Assembly: GCA_016720925.1 (NCBI GenBank)
Contig: JADKJR010000013.1
Span: 52,243-116,242, forward strand
DNA: 64,000 nt
Direction of reading: 5' to 3'
Origin: Betaproteobacteria bacterium
Lineage (GTDB): Bacteria > Pseudomonadota > Gammaproteobacteria > Burkholderiales > Usitatibacteraceae
In this document: piece by piece, positions 18,376 to 28,372 of the stretch
How positions within the stretch are numbered: position 1 is the stretch's first letter
How the letters are laid out: each line of letters opens with the position of its first letter
Translations under genes and position numbers: made by a program
Notes under the pieces: generated by a model
What the model saw: the letters and a program-made list of their open reading frames with translations, nothing else
Told to the model about the DNA's origin: nothing
The model's database searches: none

Positions 18376-18407
18376 CTGAAATTGCCCATCGCAATGGGCA
18401 ATTTCAG
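18376..18407 (-). terminator. perfect 14-bp inverted repeat, terminator-like on the minus strand
   Basis: CTGAAATTGCCCAT-cgca-ATGGGCAATTTCAG. On the minus strand the stem is followed by GTTTTTATTT. It lies in the divergent region between the hypothetical gene (start 18105) and the HD-GYP gene (start 18582). Confidence 0.45.
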
Positions 18408-18581
18408 CGGAAGTTACGCGAATTCACCGCGCGGGACGATCTGCCGCCATCAAGAAAAGCTGCGCGCTGCCGAAAGCATGGTAGGGCGCCTTCATCGTCC
18501 GCCGGCGCAAAAACGCCGCCGGTGAGCGGATCCATTCCGGCATGGAAGCACACGTCCCCATCAACCATCGCAGGCACGCCA

Positions 18582-19664
18582 ATGCACACTGAACCCATGA
18601 CCGTCCTAATCATCGATGACAACGCGACGAACGTCCTGTTGCTGTCCGCGCTGGCGCAGACGGTCGCTGGCTCGCGTCCGGTCACCTTTGAAGATCCGCT
18701 GGAGGCAATCGGCTGGTGCACCTGCAACATGCCCGACCTGGTGCTGGTTGATTACATGATGCCGAACATGGACGGCCTCGAATTCATCCGCCGATTTACC
18801 GCCATGCCGGGTCGCACCGATATTCCGATCATCATGGTCACAACCGAAAATGAAAAGGCGATACGGCGCGAAGCGCTGACCGTCGGCGCCACGGAATTTC
18901 TCGCCAAGCCGGTGGACACCATTGAGTTTCGCACCCGCGTGCGCAATCTTCTGGCCCTGCGGCGCTCGCAAAAAATGCTCCGGGATCGCGCGACGCTGCT
19001 GCAGACCGAAGTTGAATGCGCGGTGGAGAAAATCATTCAGAGCGAACGCGACCTGATCCTGCGTCTTTCAAAGGCGGTCGAATACCGTGATTCGGAAACG
19101 GGATCGCACGTTTCGCGCATGTCGAAATACTCCGCGCTGATTGCAAAGGAATTGATGCTTCCGGCGGAATTTCAGGAGATGATGCTGCTCGCGTCACCAC
19201 TTCACGATGTCGGCAAAATCGGCATTCCCGATCACATCCTGTTAAAGCCCGGACGCCTTGATGACGGCGAGCTCACCATCATGCGGCGGCACGCGGAAAT
19301 CGGCGAACGCCTGCTGGCTGGCAGCGAATCCCCACTGGTGCAATTGGCGGCGGAAATCGCCGGATCCCACCACGAAAAATTCGACGGGTCCGGTTACCCG
19401 CGCGGAATCGCCGGCGAGAAAATTCCCCTTTCCGGGCGCATAGTTGCCGTCGCCGATGTTTTTGACGCCTTGACCTCGACACGTCCATACAAAAAGGCGT
19501 GGACAGTTGAAGCCGCCCGAAAATTCATCCTGGAGCAAAGCGGCGGTCACTTCTGCTCGCTGTGCGTGATTGCGTTTTTTGGTGCCTGGAGCGAAATCCT
19601 CGACATCCGGCGGCAATACCCTGATGAAACGCATGAGTCCGAGCAATTGGAGAACATGCTATGA
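18582..19664 (+). CDS. response regulator with HD-GYP phosphodiesterase domain (RpfG-like)
   Basis: REC domain (VLIIDDN..., DLVLVDYMMPNMDG). HD-GYP motifs HDVGKIGIPD and GSHHEKFDGSGYPRG. Alternative ATG at 18597. Confidence 0.85.
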   Translation: MHTEPMTVLIIDDNATNVLLLSALAQTVAGSRPVTFEDPLEAIGWCTCNMPDLVLVDYMMPNMDGLEFIRRFTAMPGRTDIPIIMVTTENEKAIRREALTVGATEFLAKPVDTIEFRTRVRNLLALRRSQKMLRDRATLLQTEVECAVEKIIQSERDLILRLSKAVEYRDSETGSHVSRMSKYSALIAKELMLPAEFQEMMLLASPLHDVGKIGIPDHILLKPGRLDDGELTIMRRHAEIGERLLAGSESPLVQLAAEIAGSHHEKFDGSGYPRGIAGEKIPLSGRIVAVADVFDALTSTRPYKKAWTVEAARKFILEQSGGHFCSLCVIAFFGAWSEILDIRRQYPDETHESEQLENML

Positions 19665-20806
19665 AAACCCAACAGGTCTTGCTGAAAGACACGCTCAACC
19701 TTGACGCGGATCTGCAAAGCCTTTCGGTCTTGAGTCCCGGATTGGTGCTGGTATTTGGCGGCGTTGGGTTCTTCTCGAATCCGGCGCTGGTTGGCGCACT
19801 GCGCCGGCGATTTCCACACGCGACGTTCGCTGGTTGCTCGACGGCGGGCGAAATACACGGCAATCGTGTTTACGACAGCACTGCCAGTGTCACGGCGATC
19901 GAGTTTGATCGAACCATGGTTGACGTCAAATCCATTCGCATTGCGTCGATGCCGGAATCGTTTGCGGTTGGCGCGCGGCTGGCGCAAGCGCTGCCGGCTG
20001 AAAATCTCACCGCGGTTCTGCTCTTTGGCACCGGTGTGGCGATCAATGGCAGCGCGTTGGTTGCCGGGCTGCAATCGATACTTCCAGGCGAGGTGAAAAT
20101 CTCCGGCGGGCTCGCGGGTGATGGCGGAAAATTTGTTCGCACCTGGACGCTGGGACCATCGGGTGCCACGGATGATCACGTGGTGGCGGTCGGACTCTAT
20201 GGCCGCGACCTGCATTTCGCTTGCGGGTCATTCGCGGGCTGGGTACCGTTCGGCCCGGCGAGGAAAGTCACGCGCTGCGATGAGAATGTGCTGTTTGAGC
20301 TCGATGGCGAGCGCGCACTGGATGTCTACAAGCGCTACCTCGGTGAGTATGCCGAGAAACTTCCCGCATCCGGCCTGTTGTTTCCATTCGAGATGCTGAG
20401 TGAAACGCAGGAAACGCTCGGCGTCTATCGCACCATCCTCGGCATCGATGAGGCCGCGGGATCGCTGACGCTGGCCGGCGACATCAACCCCGATGGATAT
20501 CTGAAACTGATGCATGCCAGCACCGACAAATTGATTGACGGTGCGGAAACAGCCGCGCAGATGGCGGGGGAAAATGGCCTGCTGAAGGGCGATGGGTCGC
20601 TGGCGATCCTGGTCAGTTGCGTGGGCCGAAAGATCATCATGGGCGACCGCGTCGAAGAAGAAGTTGAAGTCGTGGCGGACCAATTGCCCGTCGGGACAGC
20701 ACTCACCGGCTTCTACTCCAATGGCGAGATCTCCAGCACCGAGATGCATGGCGGATGCCGCTTGCATAACCAGACCATGACAATCAGCTGGATGGCGGAA
20801 ACCTGA
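19661..20806 (+). CDS. FIST N/C domain sensory protein
   Basis: 381 aa. The ATG overlaps the upstream stop (ATGA). Layout and the blocks ...FAGCSTAGEI... and ...FYSNGEIS... resemble FIST_N/FIST_C proteins. Call is from memory. Confidence 0.7.
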   Translation: MKTQQVLLKDTLNLDADLQSLSVLSPGLVLVFGGVGFFSNPALVGALRRRFPHATFAGCSTAGEIHGNRVYDSTASVTAIEFDRTMVDVKSIRIASMPESFAVGARLAQALPAENLTAVLLFGTGVAINGSALVAGLQSILPGEVKISGGLAGDGGKFVRTWTLGPSGATDDHVVAVGLYGRDLHFACGSFAGWVPFGPARKVTRCDENVLFELDGERALDVYKRYLGEYAEKLPASGLLFPFEMLSETQETLGVYRTILGIDEAAGSLTLAGDINPDGYLKLMHASTDKLIDGAETAAQMAGENGLLKGDGSLAILVSCVGRKIIMGDRVEEEVEVVADQLPVGTALTGFYSNGEISSTEMHGGCRLHNQTMTISWMAET

Positions 20807-20807
20807 C

Positions 20808-23800
20808 ATGCACCGCACCCTCGCCCGGCAACTTAAGCGCTGTACCGGTATCGGTACCGAAGACGCGCGAGCGAGCCTGACCAACGCAATCGCCAGCGCC
20901 AACCTGCCAGCCGACTCCGCACTGGTTCCATTCCTGTCCGGGCTGGGCGACTTCATCGATCGAATCGACAGCACCTACGAGCAGTACGACCGCGACCTCG
21001 ATCTGCGCACGCGCAGCCTGGAGATCAGTTCCGGCGAACTCAGCGGCGTCAATCAGCGCATGCGCCAGGATCTGGCGAGCCGCGATCGCATTCTCGAGTC
21101 GCTTGTCGATGCCGCCTCGGCATTGATGGCGCATAGCAAGGAGGTGGTGACGATTCCCGACCAGGGCGATCTGGAAGGCATGTCGGCGCTGCTCAGGGCA
21201 CTGATCAAGCAGCAGGAGAAAAATCATATCGAGCTGATCAATCATCGCTTTGCCATCGATCAGCACGCCATCGTCAGCGTGACCGATACGGCGGGGGTCA
21301 TCCGTTACGTCAACGACAAGTTCTGCGAAATCAGCGGCTACTCGCGCGAGGAGCTGATCGGCCAGAATCACCGGATGGGCAAGTCGGATTTTCATTCCGA
21401 TGCGTTTTTCAGGGAACTCTGGGAGACCATCTCGGCCGGCAATGTCTGGCATGGCGAAATTCGCAACATGAAACGCAATGGCGAGTGCTACTGGGTTGAT
21501 GCGACAATCGTGCCGCTCAAGGACCAGGACGGCAAGCCGGAGGAGTTTGTGGCGATCCGTACCGAGATCACGGAACGCAAGCTGCTGGCGGAAAAAATTG
21601 CGTCGAGCGAAGCGCAATACCGGTCGGTGGTCGACAGTGTGCGCGAAGTCATCTTCCGCATGGATGCCGGTCTTCGCTTCACATTCCTCAACCCGGCGTG
21701 GACGCAGATTACCGGCCTCGCCGTGGAGCACACCATTGGCCAGCGCTTCCCGGAATTTATCCCCGCCGAGGACCGCCACACGTTGCTGATGCTGATCCAT
21801 GAGCATGCATCAGGCGACAAATGCATCAATCACTGCGAAGTTCGCTACATCCATCGGGATGGAACCACGCGCTATCTGGAAGTTGACGCACGGATCGAGA
21901 CCGATGAGTCCGACAACGTGACTGGCCTTGCCGGGACGCTCAATGACATGACCGAGCGGCGGCAGGCCACCGAGTTGCTGCGCGAGCAACTGCAACTGGT
22001 CGACGCCCTGTTCGAGTCCATTCCGGTGCCGGTCGTGATGAAGGGCGTTGATGGCCGCTACCTGCGTTTCAACAAGGCGTATTGTGACTTGCTCGACAGT
22101 ACGCCAGACCGGCTCTTTGGCAAGACCGCCTACGACATGCTCAATGACGTCGCGGCCCGCACGCATCGCGAAATTGACGAAGCACTGATCAACCATCCGG
22201 GCTCTCGCACCTACGAGGTGCGGCAGCGCGTCGGTCACGGGCGCGTCATTGATGCGCTGGTAAGCAAGGCGACGCTTTGCGACAAGGAAGGCAACGTCAC
22301 CGGGCTGGTCGGCACCATCGTCGACATGTCGGATCGCAAAGCGGCCGAACGAGCGATGCTGCACGCGAAAGAAGTGGCGGAATCGGCCAACTCCGCCAAG
22401 AGTGATTTCCTCGCCAACATGAGCCACGAAATTCGCACGCCGATGAACGGCATTATCGGCATGACCGACCTGGTGCTGGAAACGCAACTTGATCCGGTGC
22501 AGCGGGAACAACTGGAAGTGGTCAAGGCGTCGGCGGGCGGGCTTCTCACCATCATCAACGACATTCTCGATTTTTCCAAAATCGAAGCCGGCAAACTCAG
22601 CATTGAATCGATTCCCTTTGATTTTGGACGCGTTGTTTCGGACGCGCTGCGGCCACTGGCGCTGCGCGCGCACCAGAACGGCCTGGCGTTCATCGTTGAA
22701 AACAACGTGGCACTCGCCACCAGACCGATCGGCGATCCCGGACGGATTGCGCAAGTGCTGATCAACCTTGTGGGCAATTCAATCAAGTTCACGAAACAGG
22801 GCAAGGTCCTGGTTCGTGCCGACACCGTGGACAGCGATGAACACGAGGCGCTTATCCGCATAAGTGTCGCAGATACCGGCATCGGCATCGCGCCGGAAAA
22901 ACAGGCTGCTATTTTTGAGGCCTTCTCGCAGGCGGATGCTTCAACCACGCGCAAATATGGCGGCACAGGACTCGGCTTGTCGATCACGCGCCAGCTGGTT
23001 GAAATCATGGGTGGCTGCATCGGCGTGCAAAGTGAGCCGGGCAATGGCGCAACGTTTTCGGTCGAGCTGACACTCCCGCTCGAGGCCCGCCGCGCGCCAC
23101 CGGCGGATGCGAAGCCGCCCGCAATTTCCGTCACTGCTCCCAACAGCGTACCGTCATCGGTTCTTAATGTACTGCTGGTCGAAGACAACGCAATCAACCA
23201 GATGCTGGCAAAGACGATCCTTGTCAAGCGCGGCCATCAGGTGACCGTGGCCAAGGATGGCATGGTCGCGCTCGAATGCCATGCTGGCAGAAAATTCGAC
23301 GTCATCCTGATGGATATGCAGATGCCGGTCATGGATGGCATTACTTCCGCGAACCATATTCGCCGCCGCGAAATGGAGACGAACGCACCGCGCACCCCGA
23401 TCATCGCCATGACCGCGAATGCGCGCGAGGAGGATCGCGAGGAGTGTATCGAGGCCGGCATGGACGACTATATTTCCAAGCCATTCAAGAGCGAGGTGCT
23501 GTTCGACGTGCTATCGCGGCATTGTCCCTCGGCGACGGCCGGCAGCGAAAGCATCTCCTGTTTGTGCGCGAGCCACGACAATGCGGCGGCATTCTCCTCC
23601 AGCGCTGCATTGGACAGCTTTGATTATGAGCGCGCGTTGCGGTCCGCGGACGCCGAAGTCGTCGGCCTGATCGCGACTCACTTTCTCGAACAGGCGCCCA
23701 GGCAATTGCGGGACATGCATGCAGCATGGAACGCGCAAGACCTGGCCAAGCTTCACCGGCTTGCACATTCACTTGGCGGTCTGTTTGCGAACTTCAACGC

Positions 23801-23948
23801 CCAACCACTGATCGCCACCTGCCAGCGCATTGAACACGCCGTTGCCGCGGGGGAAAGCGACGGCATGGATGACGAACTCGCGGAACTTGATCAGCTTTTT
23901 CCCCCATTCGCGCAAGCGCTTGAGGAGTGGTCAGCCGTAGCGGCCTAG
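20808..23948 (+). CDS. cytoplasmic hybrid sensor histidine kinase (3x PAS, HisKA, HATPase_c, REC, HPt)
   Basis: H-box SHEIRTPMNGI. N/G boxes LINLVGNSIKFT and GGTGLGLSI. Receiver VLLVEDNAINQ...ILMDMQMPVMDG. HPt HRLAHSLGGL. PAS blocks such as YVNDKFCEISGYSREELIG. No TM segment. Confidence 0.9.
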   Translation: MHRTLARQLKRCTGIGTEDARASLTNAIASANLPADSALVPFLSGLGDFIDRIDSTYEQYDRDLDLRTRSLEISSGELSGVNQRMRQDLASRDRILESLVDAASALMAHSKEVVTIPDQGDLEGMSALLRALIKQQEKNHIELINHRFAIDQHAIVSVTDTAGVIRYVNDKFCEISGYSREELIGQNHRMGKSDFHSDAFFRELWETISAGNVWHGEIRNMKRNGECYWVDATIVPLKDQDGKPEEFVAIRTEITERKLLAEKIASSEAQYRSVVDSVREVIFRMDAGLRFTFLNPAWTQITGLAVEHTIGQRFPEFIPAEDRHTLLMLIHEHASGDKCINHCEVRYIHRDGTTRYLEVDARIETDESDNVTGLAGTLNDMTERRQATELLREQLQLVDALFESIPVPVVMKGVDGRYLRFNKAYCDLLDSTPDRLFGKTAYDMLNDVAARTHREIDEALINHPGSRTYEVRQRVGHGRVIDALVSKATLCDKEGNVTGLVGTIVDMSDRKAAERAMLHAKEVAESANSAKSDFLANMSHEIRTPMNGIIGMTDLVLETQLDPVQREQLEVVKASAGGLLTIINDILDFSKIEAGKLSIESIPFDFGRVVSDALRPLALRAHQNGLAFIVENNVALATRPIGDPGRIAQVLINLVGNSIKFTKQGKVLVRADTVDSDEHEALIRISVADTGIGIAPEKQAAIFEAFSQADASTTRKYGGTGLGLSITRQLVEIMGGCIGVQSEPGNGATFSVELTLPLEARRAPPADAKPPAISVTAPNSVPSSVLNVLLVEDNAINQMLAKTILVKRGHQVTVAKDGMVALECHAGRKFDVILMDMQMPVMDGITSANHIRRREMETNAPRTPIIAMTANAREEDREECIEAGMDDYISKPFKSEVLFDVLSRHCPSATAGSESISCLCASHDNAAAFSSSAALDSFDYERALRSADAEVVGLIATHFLEQAPRQLRDMHAAWNAQDLAKLHRLAHSLGGLFANFNAQPLIATCQRIEHAVAAGESDGMDDELAELDQLFPPFAQALEEWSAVAA

Positions 23949-24048
23949 TTGACCCCGCTGAGAGGGCGGCTTTGCGTTTTTTGCACAGCTCACGGCAAAC
24001 TCCGCCGAGGACAATTGGACGTTGAGCCCGTGCAATCGTCATGATGCA

Positions 24049-24116
24049 CAAATCACTAGCACTGGCGCGGCTTTTCAGCCATTTTTGCCCCAAACGCCGC
24101 ACCAAATGGCGTTCTG
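24049..24116 (+). repeat. REP-like extragenic element, copy 4
   Basis: AAATCACTAGCACTGGCGCGGC / TTTTCAGCCATTTTTGCCCCAAAC / GCCGCACCAAATGGCGTTCTG. Lies 100 bp after the kinase stop. Confidence 0.65.
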
Positions 24117-24237
24117 CGCATTTGACCTTCTCGCGCAACCCTGCGCCGCGGCAACATGCGCCGTGACAGTTGATGCGCCTTGCGCACATATCTGATAGCG
24201 TGATGTCCATCGACATTTCGCGTCCCAGTGCCTCGCC

Positions 24238-24846
24238 ATGAAAACCATCCTGATCGCCAACCCCAAAGGTGGCGCGGGTAAAACCACGCTGACCACCAAC
24301 CTTGCCGGCTATCTCGCCTCGCGCGGCGAGTCTGTTTTCCTGTGGGACCTTGACCGGCAGAAGTCCGCGCTGCATTGGCTGTCAATGCGTCCCGCGCATT
24401 TGCCCGCGATCCATCGCCTGGACAGCGCGAAACACAAGCCAGGTGACGGCGTGCTGGTACTTGATTCGCCGGCAGGATTACACGGCGAAAAGCTGGCGGA
24501 TTTGGTCAGACAGGTCGAACAGGTGATCGTGCCGATTGTGCCGTCGAGTTTTGATTTCGCGGCAACGCGAACTTTCCTCGACGAACTGCTCGAGGAAAAA
24601 GCCATCCGAAAGGGCAAGGCCTTTGTCGCGATCATTGGCATGCGTGTTGACGCCCGCACCCGCGCGGCGGAAAAACTCGACGAGTTCCTGGCACCCATCG
24701 ATCTGCCGGTCCTGACGCATCTGCGCGATACGCAGAACTACGTCACCGCCGCGTTTGAGGGCAAATCCATTTTTGACATGGCGCCCTCGACCGTTGCACA
24801 GGATGTGGCGCAGTGGCAGCCGATCGCGCATTGGCTTCGGGCCTGA
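24238..24846 (+). CDS. ParA/MinD-like P-loop ATPase (orphan, no adjacent ParB)
   Basis: Deviant Walker A: MKTILIANPKGGAGKTTLTTNLA. 202 aa. Confidence 0.8.
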   Translation: MKTILIANPKGGAGKTTLTTNLAGYLASRGESVFLWDLDRQKSALHWLSMRPAHLPAIHRLDSAKHKPGDGVLVLDSPAGLHGEKLADLVRQVEQVIVPIVPSSFDFAATRTFLDELLEEKAIRKGKAFVAIIGMRVDARTRAAEKLDEFLAPIDLPVLTHLRDTQNYVTAAFEGKSIFDMAPSTVAQDVAQWQPIAHWLRA

Positions 24847-24950
24847 ACGGGACAAAGTGGGGCCAAAGCGCGGCCAATCGACGGAGGCCTGCGCAGGATA
24901 AAGTGTCCGCTGAAGCGCGCCACGCATACCGCCCGCGAGTGCTTCACGCC

Positions 24951-25532
24951 TCATTTCGCATTTCGAGCCTTTGTGGCTTTGGTGGTCTCGGTGGCCTGGG
25001 AGGATTTCGCGGCCTTGGAAGACTTCTTGGCCTTGGCGGCGGCACCCCTTCCCGTTGCGGCCAGCACCTGCTGATATCGCTCGATATACACCTTCGCCGG
25101 CACGCGCTTGAACGCTTCACCGATGACGTCGAGCGCCAATTCCTCCACTTTCTTGAATCGCACACAGGCCTTGCCCATATCGAGTTTCTTGCCCGTCTTG
25201 GCCCAGGCGTCACGAAACCAGCGTGCATGCGGGGTCTCGCTGGCGCCAGGCCCTTCGCCACAACCGCAATACACACCCATCATGTAAAGGGAAAAATAGT
25301 TTTTCTGCGAAGCGAGCGCCGCAAACGGCAACGGCTGTTTCGGGTCGCAATGATATCCAGCGGGAAATAGCTTGTGCGGCACGTAGTAGCCGATCATGCC
25401 GTACTGCATACCCTCTTCGTATCCCGCATCGAGATTGGCGCGGATGACCTTGCGCACGGCTTCGACCGTTTTGCGGCGGTCTTCGGGAAGGGATTCGAGG
25501 TACGCTGAAACGGTAGTAGTTTTGGATTGCAT
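24951..25532 (-). CDS. DUF1801 (YdhG-like) domain protein with Lys/Ala-rich C-terminal tail
   Basis: ATG at 25532 after GGGAGAG. The N-terminus ...VSAYLESLPEDRRKTVEAVRKVI... is typical of DUF1801. Tail is AAKAKKSSKAAKSSQATETTKATKARNAK. Confidence 0.6.
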   Translation of the reverse strand: MQSKTTTVSAYLESLPEDRRKTVEAVRKVIRANLDAGYEEGMQYGMIGYYVPHKLFPAGYHCDPKQPLPFAALASQKNYFSLYMMGVYCGCGEGPGASETPHARWFRDAWAKTGKKLDMGKACVRFKKVEELALDVIGEAFKRVPAKVYIERYQQVLAATGRGAAAKAKKSSKAAKSSQATETTKATKARNAK

Positions 25533-25754
25533 GGCGCTCTCCCACATCCATCAAGACAATTTTTCGCAAGCGCACTGCCTGGCGCCTGTCCGCGCAACAA
25601 GCGGGAAATGCGCGCCACTGCTGGCGGGGTTCCGCGTACAGCCTGCCCAGGGTGAAGAATTGGGCGGCGCAAATGCCTGCGGGTTTGCGGCACGCCGTCA
25701 CCGCGGTATTGGCAGTATCATAATTGTTCATCGATCAGGAAAGGAACGACACGA

Positions 25755-26198
25755 ATGACGTACTGCAACTTCATGAAAACGGTGTGTGCACTTTCTCTTG
25801 TTCCCGTGCTGCTGGTTTGCACGGGCGCATCTGCCCAAGGCACGTCCGATTTCAGGGATGGCTACGCCCAAGGCTACAAGGAAGGCTTCGACGCGGGCTA
25901 TCGTAAAGCGACCGGCGAGCAAGGCAGCGCGCCGGCGGTCCAATCGAAGGGTTTTCCGATCGCCGTGCAAGTCGCCACCTATGGCCCGGATGGCTCGCGC
26001 GACCGTTGCGATGCCACGCACTATGTTCGCCGGAGGGCCAATGGACAACGCAGCGTCTCGGTGGACATCACCAACCAAATGTGCGGCGACCCGGCGCCCG
26101 GCAAGCGCAAGGGTGTGGAGATCACGTATATGTGCGGATCGGTCGCCAAGACGGCGTCGGCGTATGAACATCGGTCCGCGTATTTGTACTGCGACTAA
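25755..26198 (+). CDS. exported hypothetical protein (Cys-containing)
   Basis: AAGGAA RBS. Signal-like MKTVCALSLVPVLLVCTGASAQG. Repeated GY.(E/Q)G(F/Y) motif. No family recognised. Confidence 0.5.
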   Translation: MTYCNFMKTVCALSLVPVLLVCTGASAQGTSDFRDGYAQGYKEGFDAGYRKATGEQGSAPAVQSKGFPIAVQVATYGPDGSRDRCDATHYVRRRANGQRSVSVDITNQMCGDPAPGKRKGVEITYMCGSVAKTASAYEHRSAYLYCD

Positions 26199-26219
26199 TC
26201 ACTGGCTAAAGGTACAACC

Positions 26220-26411
26220 ATGAAATTGCTGCTTTGGCTGCTGCTGTTCATCCTCTGCTGGCCGCTGGCACTGCTGGCGCTGGTGCTCTATCCGCTCATC
26301 TGGCTGATCGCGTTGCCGTTCCGGTTGGTGGGAATCGCGGTGGAGGGCGTGTTTGAGTTGCTGCGCTCAATTGTCCTGCTGCCGGCAAGGATGTTGCGCG
26401 GCAAAACCTGA
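26220..26411 (+). CDS. small two-TM membrane protein
   Basis: 63 aa, very hydrophobic (MKLLLWLLLFILCWPLALLALVLYPLIWLIALPF...). Lies 21 bp after the previous gene. Confidence 0.4.
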   Translation: MKLLLWLLLFILCWPLALLALVLYPLIWLIALPFRLVGIAVEGVFELLRSIVLLPARMLRGKT

Positions 26412-26442
26412 GATCTTCCGCACCTCTGCACACTTGGCTGGC

Positions 26443-27150
26443 TCAACTCGACCCCGCTCCCACGACACGGCCATCGACCAGTTCAATAATTCGATCGCAG
26501 CGCTGCGCCATGCTCAGGTTGTGCGTCACCATCAGGAAAGTGGCGCCGGTATCGGTATTGACCTTGCGCATCAGCTCAAAAACCGCGTCCGCGGATTTGG
26601 TATCGAGATTGCCGGTCGGCTCATCCGCCAGGATCAGCGGCGGCTCCAGCGCCAGTGCGCGCGCAATGGCCACCCGCTGCTGCTGGCCACCTGAGAGATT
26701 GTTGACGGGATTGTCCTTCCACTGCTCCAGGCCTACCTGCGCGAGCAGGCTAAGTGCCTGTTCGCGCATCGCCCGGTCCGGCCGGCCGCGCCGCATCAGG
26801 AACGGCATCATGACGTTTTCCAACGCCGTGAACGCCGACAGCAAAAAGTGTGACTGGAATACGAAACCGATCGCGTGGCCACGCAATTCGGTGAGCTTCT
26901 TTTCATCGAGCGTGCTGGTTTCCTGTCCCGCAATAAATAGCTGTCCACTCGACGGACGATCCAGCAGGCCCATGATGTTGAGCAGCGTACTTTTCCCGGA
27001 TCCCGATGGCCCGATCAGGGCCACAAATTCACCCGGGCGAAGTTCCAGGTTGACACCGTGCAGCACTTCGGTTTCTGCCGGCGTGCCGACGTTGTAGGAT
27101 TTCCGGATGTCCAGAAGTTGCAGGACTGCCGAAGAGACCAGATCAGCCAC
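26443..27150 (-). CDS. ABC transporter ATP-binding protein (MacB/LolD-type)
   Basis: Walker [10 protein letters not shown], signature LSGGQQQRV, Walker B LILADEPT. The GTG at 27150 overlaps the permease stop. The upstream part of ORF 26443..27333 overlaps the permease gene and is not coding. Confidence 0.85.
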   Translation of the reverse strand: MADLVSSAVLQLLDIRKSYNVGTPAETEVLHGVNLELRPGEFVALIGPSGSGKSTLLNIMGLLDRPSSGQLFIAGQETSTLDEKKLTELRGHAIGFVFQSHFLLSAFTALENVMMPFLMRRGRPDRAMREQALSLLAQVGLEQWKDNPVNNLSGGQQQRVAIARALALEPPLILADEPTGNLDTKSADAVFELMRKVNTDTGATFLMVTHNLSMAQRCDRIIELVDGRVVGAGSS

Positions 27151-28372
27151 GCATTGCCACCACAGGGTCGAGCCGCGACGCGCGAACCGCCGGGGTTGCT
27201 GCGGCGAGCAATCCCGTAAACGTCGCAATGACTGCCGCCCAGACGAACAACATCGGATCAATGTCGACTGTAAACATCGTTGTCCCGTCCGGATTTTTTG
27301 CCACGCTCTGCCACGCCGCCAGCAGCCCCGCACCCAGAGCGGAGCCGAGCAGCGAACCCAGGCAGCCCACGACCGCGCCCTGTATCAGGAAAACGCGCAT
27401 GATCTGACCGCGCGACCCGCCCATCGCGCGCAGGATGCCGATATCCTTCTGTCGCTGGACCACGGACACCACCAGCACGCTGGCGATGCCAGCGGCGACC
27501 GACAGACCGACAAACAGCCGGATCATCATGCTGGAGAAAGTCTGCGCTTTCATCCCGAGAAAAAACTGATTATTGGCGACGATCCATGAGATCGCCTGCA
27601 ACCCGGTCTGGGCGGCGATGGACTGCGCGATGGTCTCTGCCGCATACGGATCAGCCACCGTCATGTCGATACTGGAAACCCCACCGACCAGGTTGAGCAG
27701 GTTCTGGGCGGTGGCAAGCAACACGTACGCGTTGCGCAGGTTGGCGCCGCGGCTGCCAAGATCGAAGATGCCGACGATGTTGAGCGTGAGGTTTGCTCCA
27801 TTGGCGGTGGCCACCCGCAGTTTGTCGCCCAGTTGCACGCCCATGTCCTCTGCAAACTGGACGCCGACAATAATGTCGCTGTTGGTCATGCGAAAAGTGC
27901 CGGCGACGATCTTCTCCGGCAGCGGCACTATGCGCGTGTACTGCTCGGGGTCAATGCCGATGACCGAAATTGATTGGGTGGCGTCGCCGCGCACCACAAA
28001 CGCCGGGCCGGCGGCAGTTGGCGAGACCGCCACGATGTCTGACCGTTGCTGCATCTGGTCGCGCAATTTTTGCCACTGGTCCAGCGAACTCATGCGCTGT
28101 GAAGGTTTTTGAACGGTGGCAATCAGTGTTTCCCCAGGCCCGGCCGTGCGCTGCGGAGTGGCAATCTGTTTCGGCCGCTCCAGGGTGATGTGCGGCTGTG
28201 AGCTCAATACCCGTTTGAACATATTGGCCTGCATGCCTGCCAGCAGCGCCGACATGAAGACAATCACGCCGACACCAATAGCCACACCGGAAATAATGAA
28301 CAGCGATTGCATGCGGCCCTCTCGCAGAAAGCGAAGCGCCGCAATCCACTCGAAGGGCAACAAAGCATTCAT
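27143..28372 (-). CDS. ABC transporter permease (FtsX/MacB-type, LolC/E-like)
   Basis: 409 aa. N-terminal TM helix, a large periplasmic loop and a C-terminal FtsX-like 3-TM bundle. Overlaps both neighbouring genes. Confidence 0.85.
   Translation of the reverse strand: MNALLPFEWIAALRFLREGRMQSLFIISGVAIGVGVIVFMSALLAGMQANMFKRVLSSQPHITLERPKQIATPQRTAGPGETLIATVQKPSQRMSSLDQWQKLRDQMQQRSDIVAVSPTAAGPAFVVRGDATQSISVIGIDPEQYTRIVPLPEKIVAGTFRMTNSDIIVGVQFAEDMGVQLGDKLRVATANGANLTLNIVGIFDLGSRGANLRNAYVLLATAQNLLNLVGGVSSIDMTVADPYAAETIAQSIAAQTGLQAISWIVANNQFFLGMKAQTFSSMMIRLFVGLSVAAGIASVLVVSVVQRQKDIGILRAMGGSRGQIMRVFLIQGAVVGCLGSLLGSALGAGLLAAWQSVAKNPDGTTMFTVDIDPMLFVWAAVIATFTGLLAAATPAVRASRLDPVVAMRG

Noticed and set aside
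18404-18730. Minus-strand 108-aa ORF upstream of the terminator-like dyad, as a possible source gene for that terminator
   Set aside because: It overlaps the well-supported HD-GYP response-regulator gene on the opposite strand and has no RBS or motif. A non-coding transcript is more plausible than this ORF.
24847-24950. Possible additional degenerate copies of the palindromic repeat, at 24847-24950, about 1636-1720 and about 25625-25720
   Set aside because: Only short stretches (for example CGCGAGTGCTTCAC and CCACTGCTGGCGGGG) resemble the consensus, and the arm/loop order is not preserved. This is too weak to call without a statistical model.
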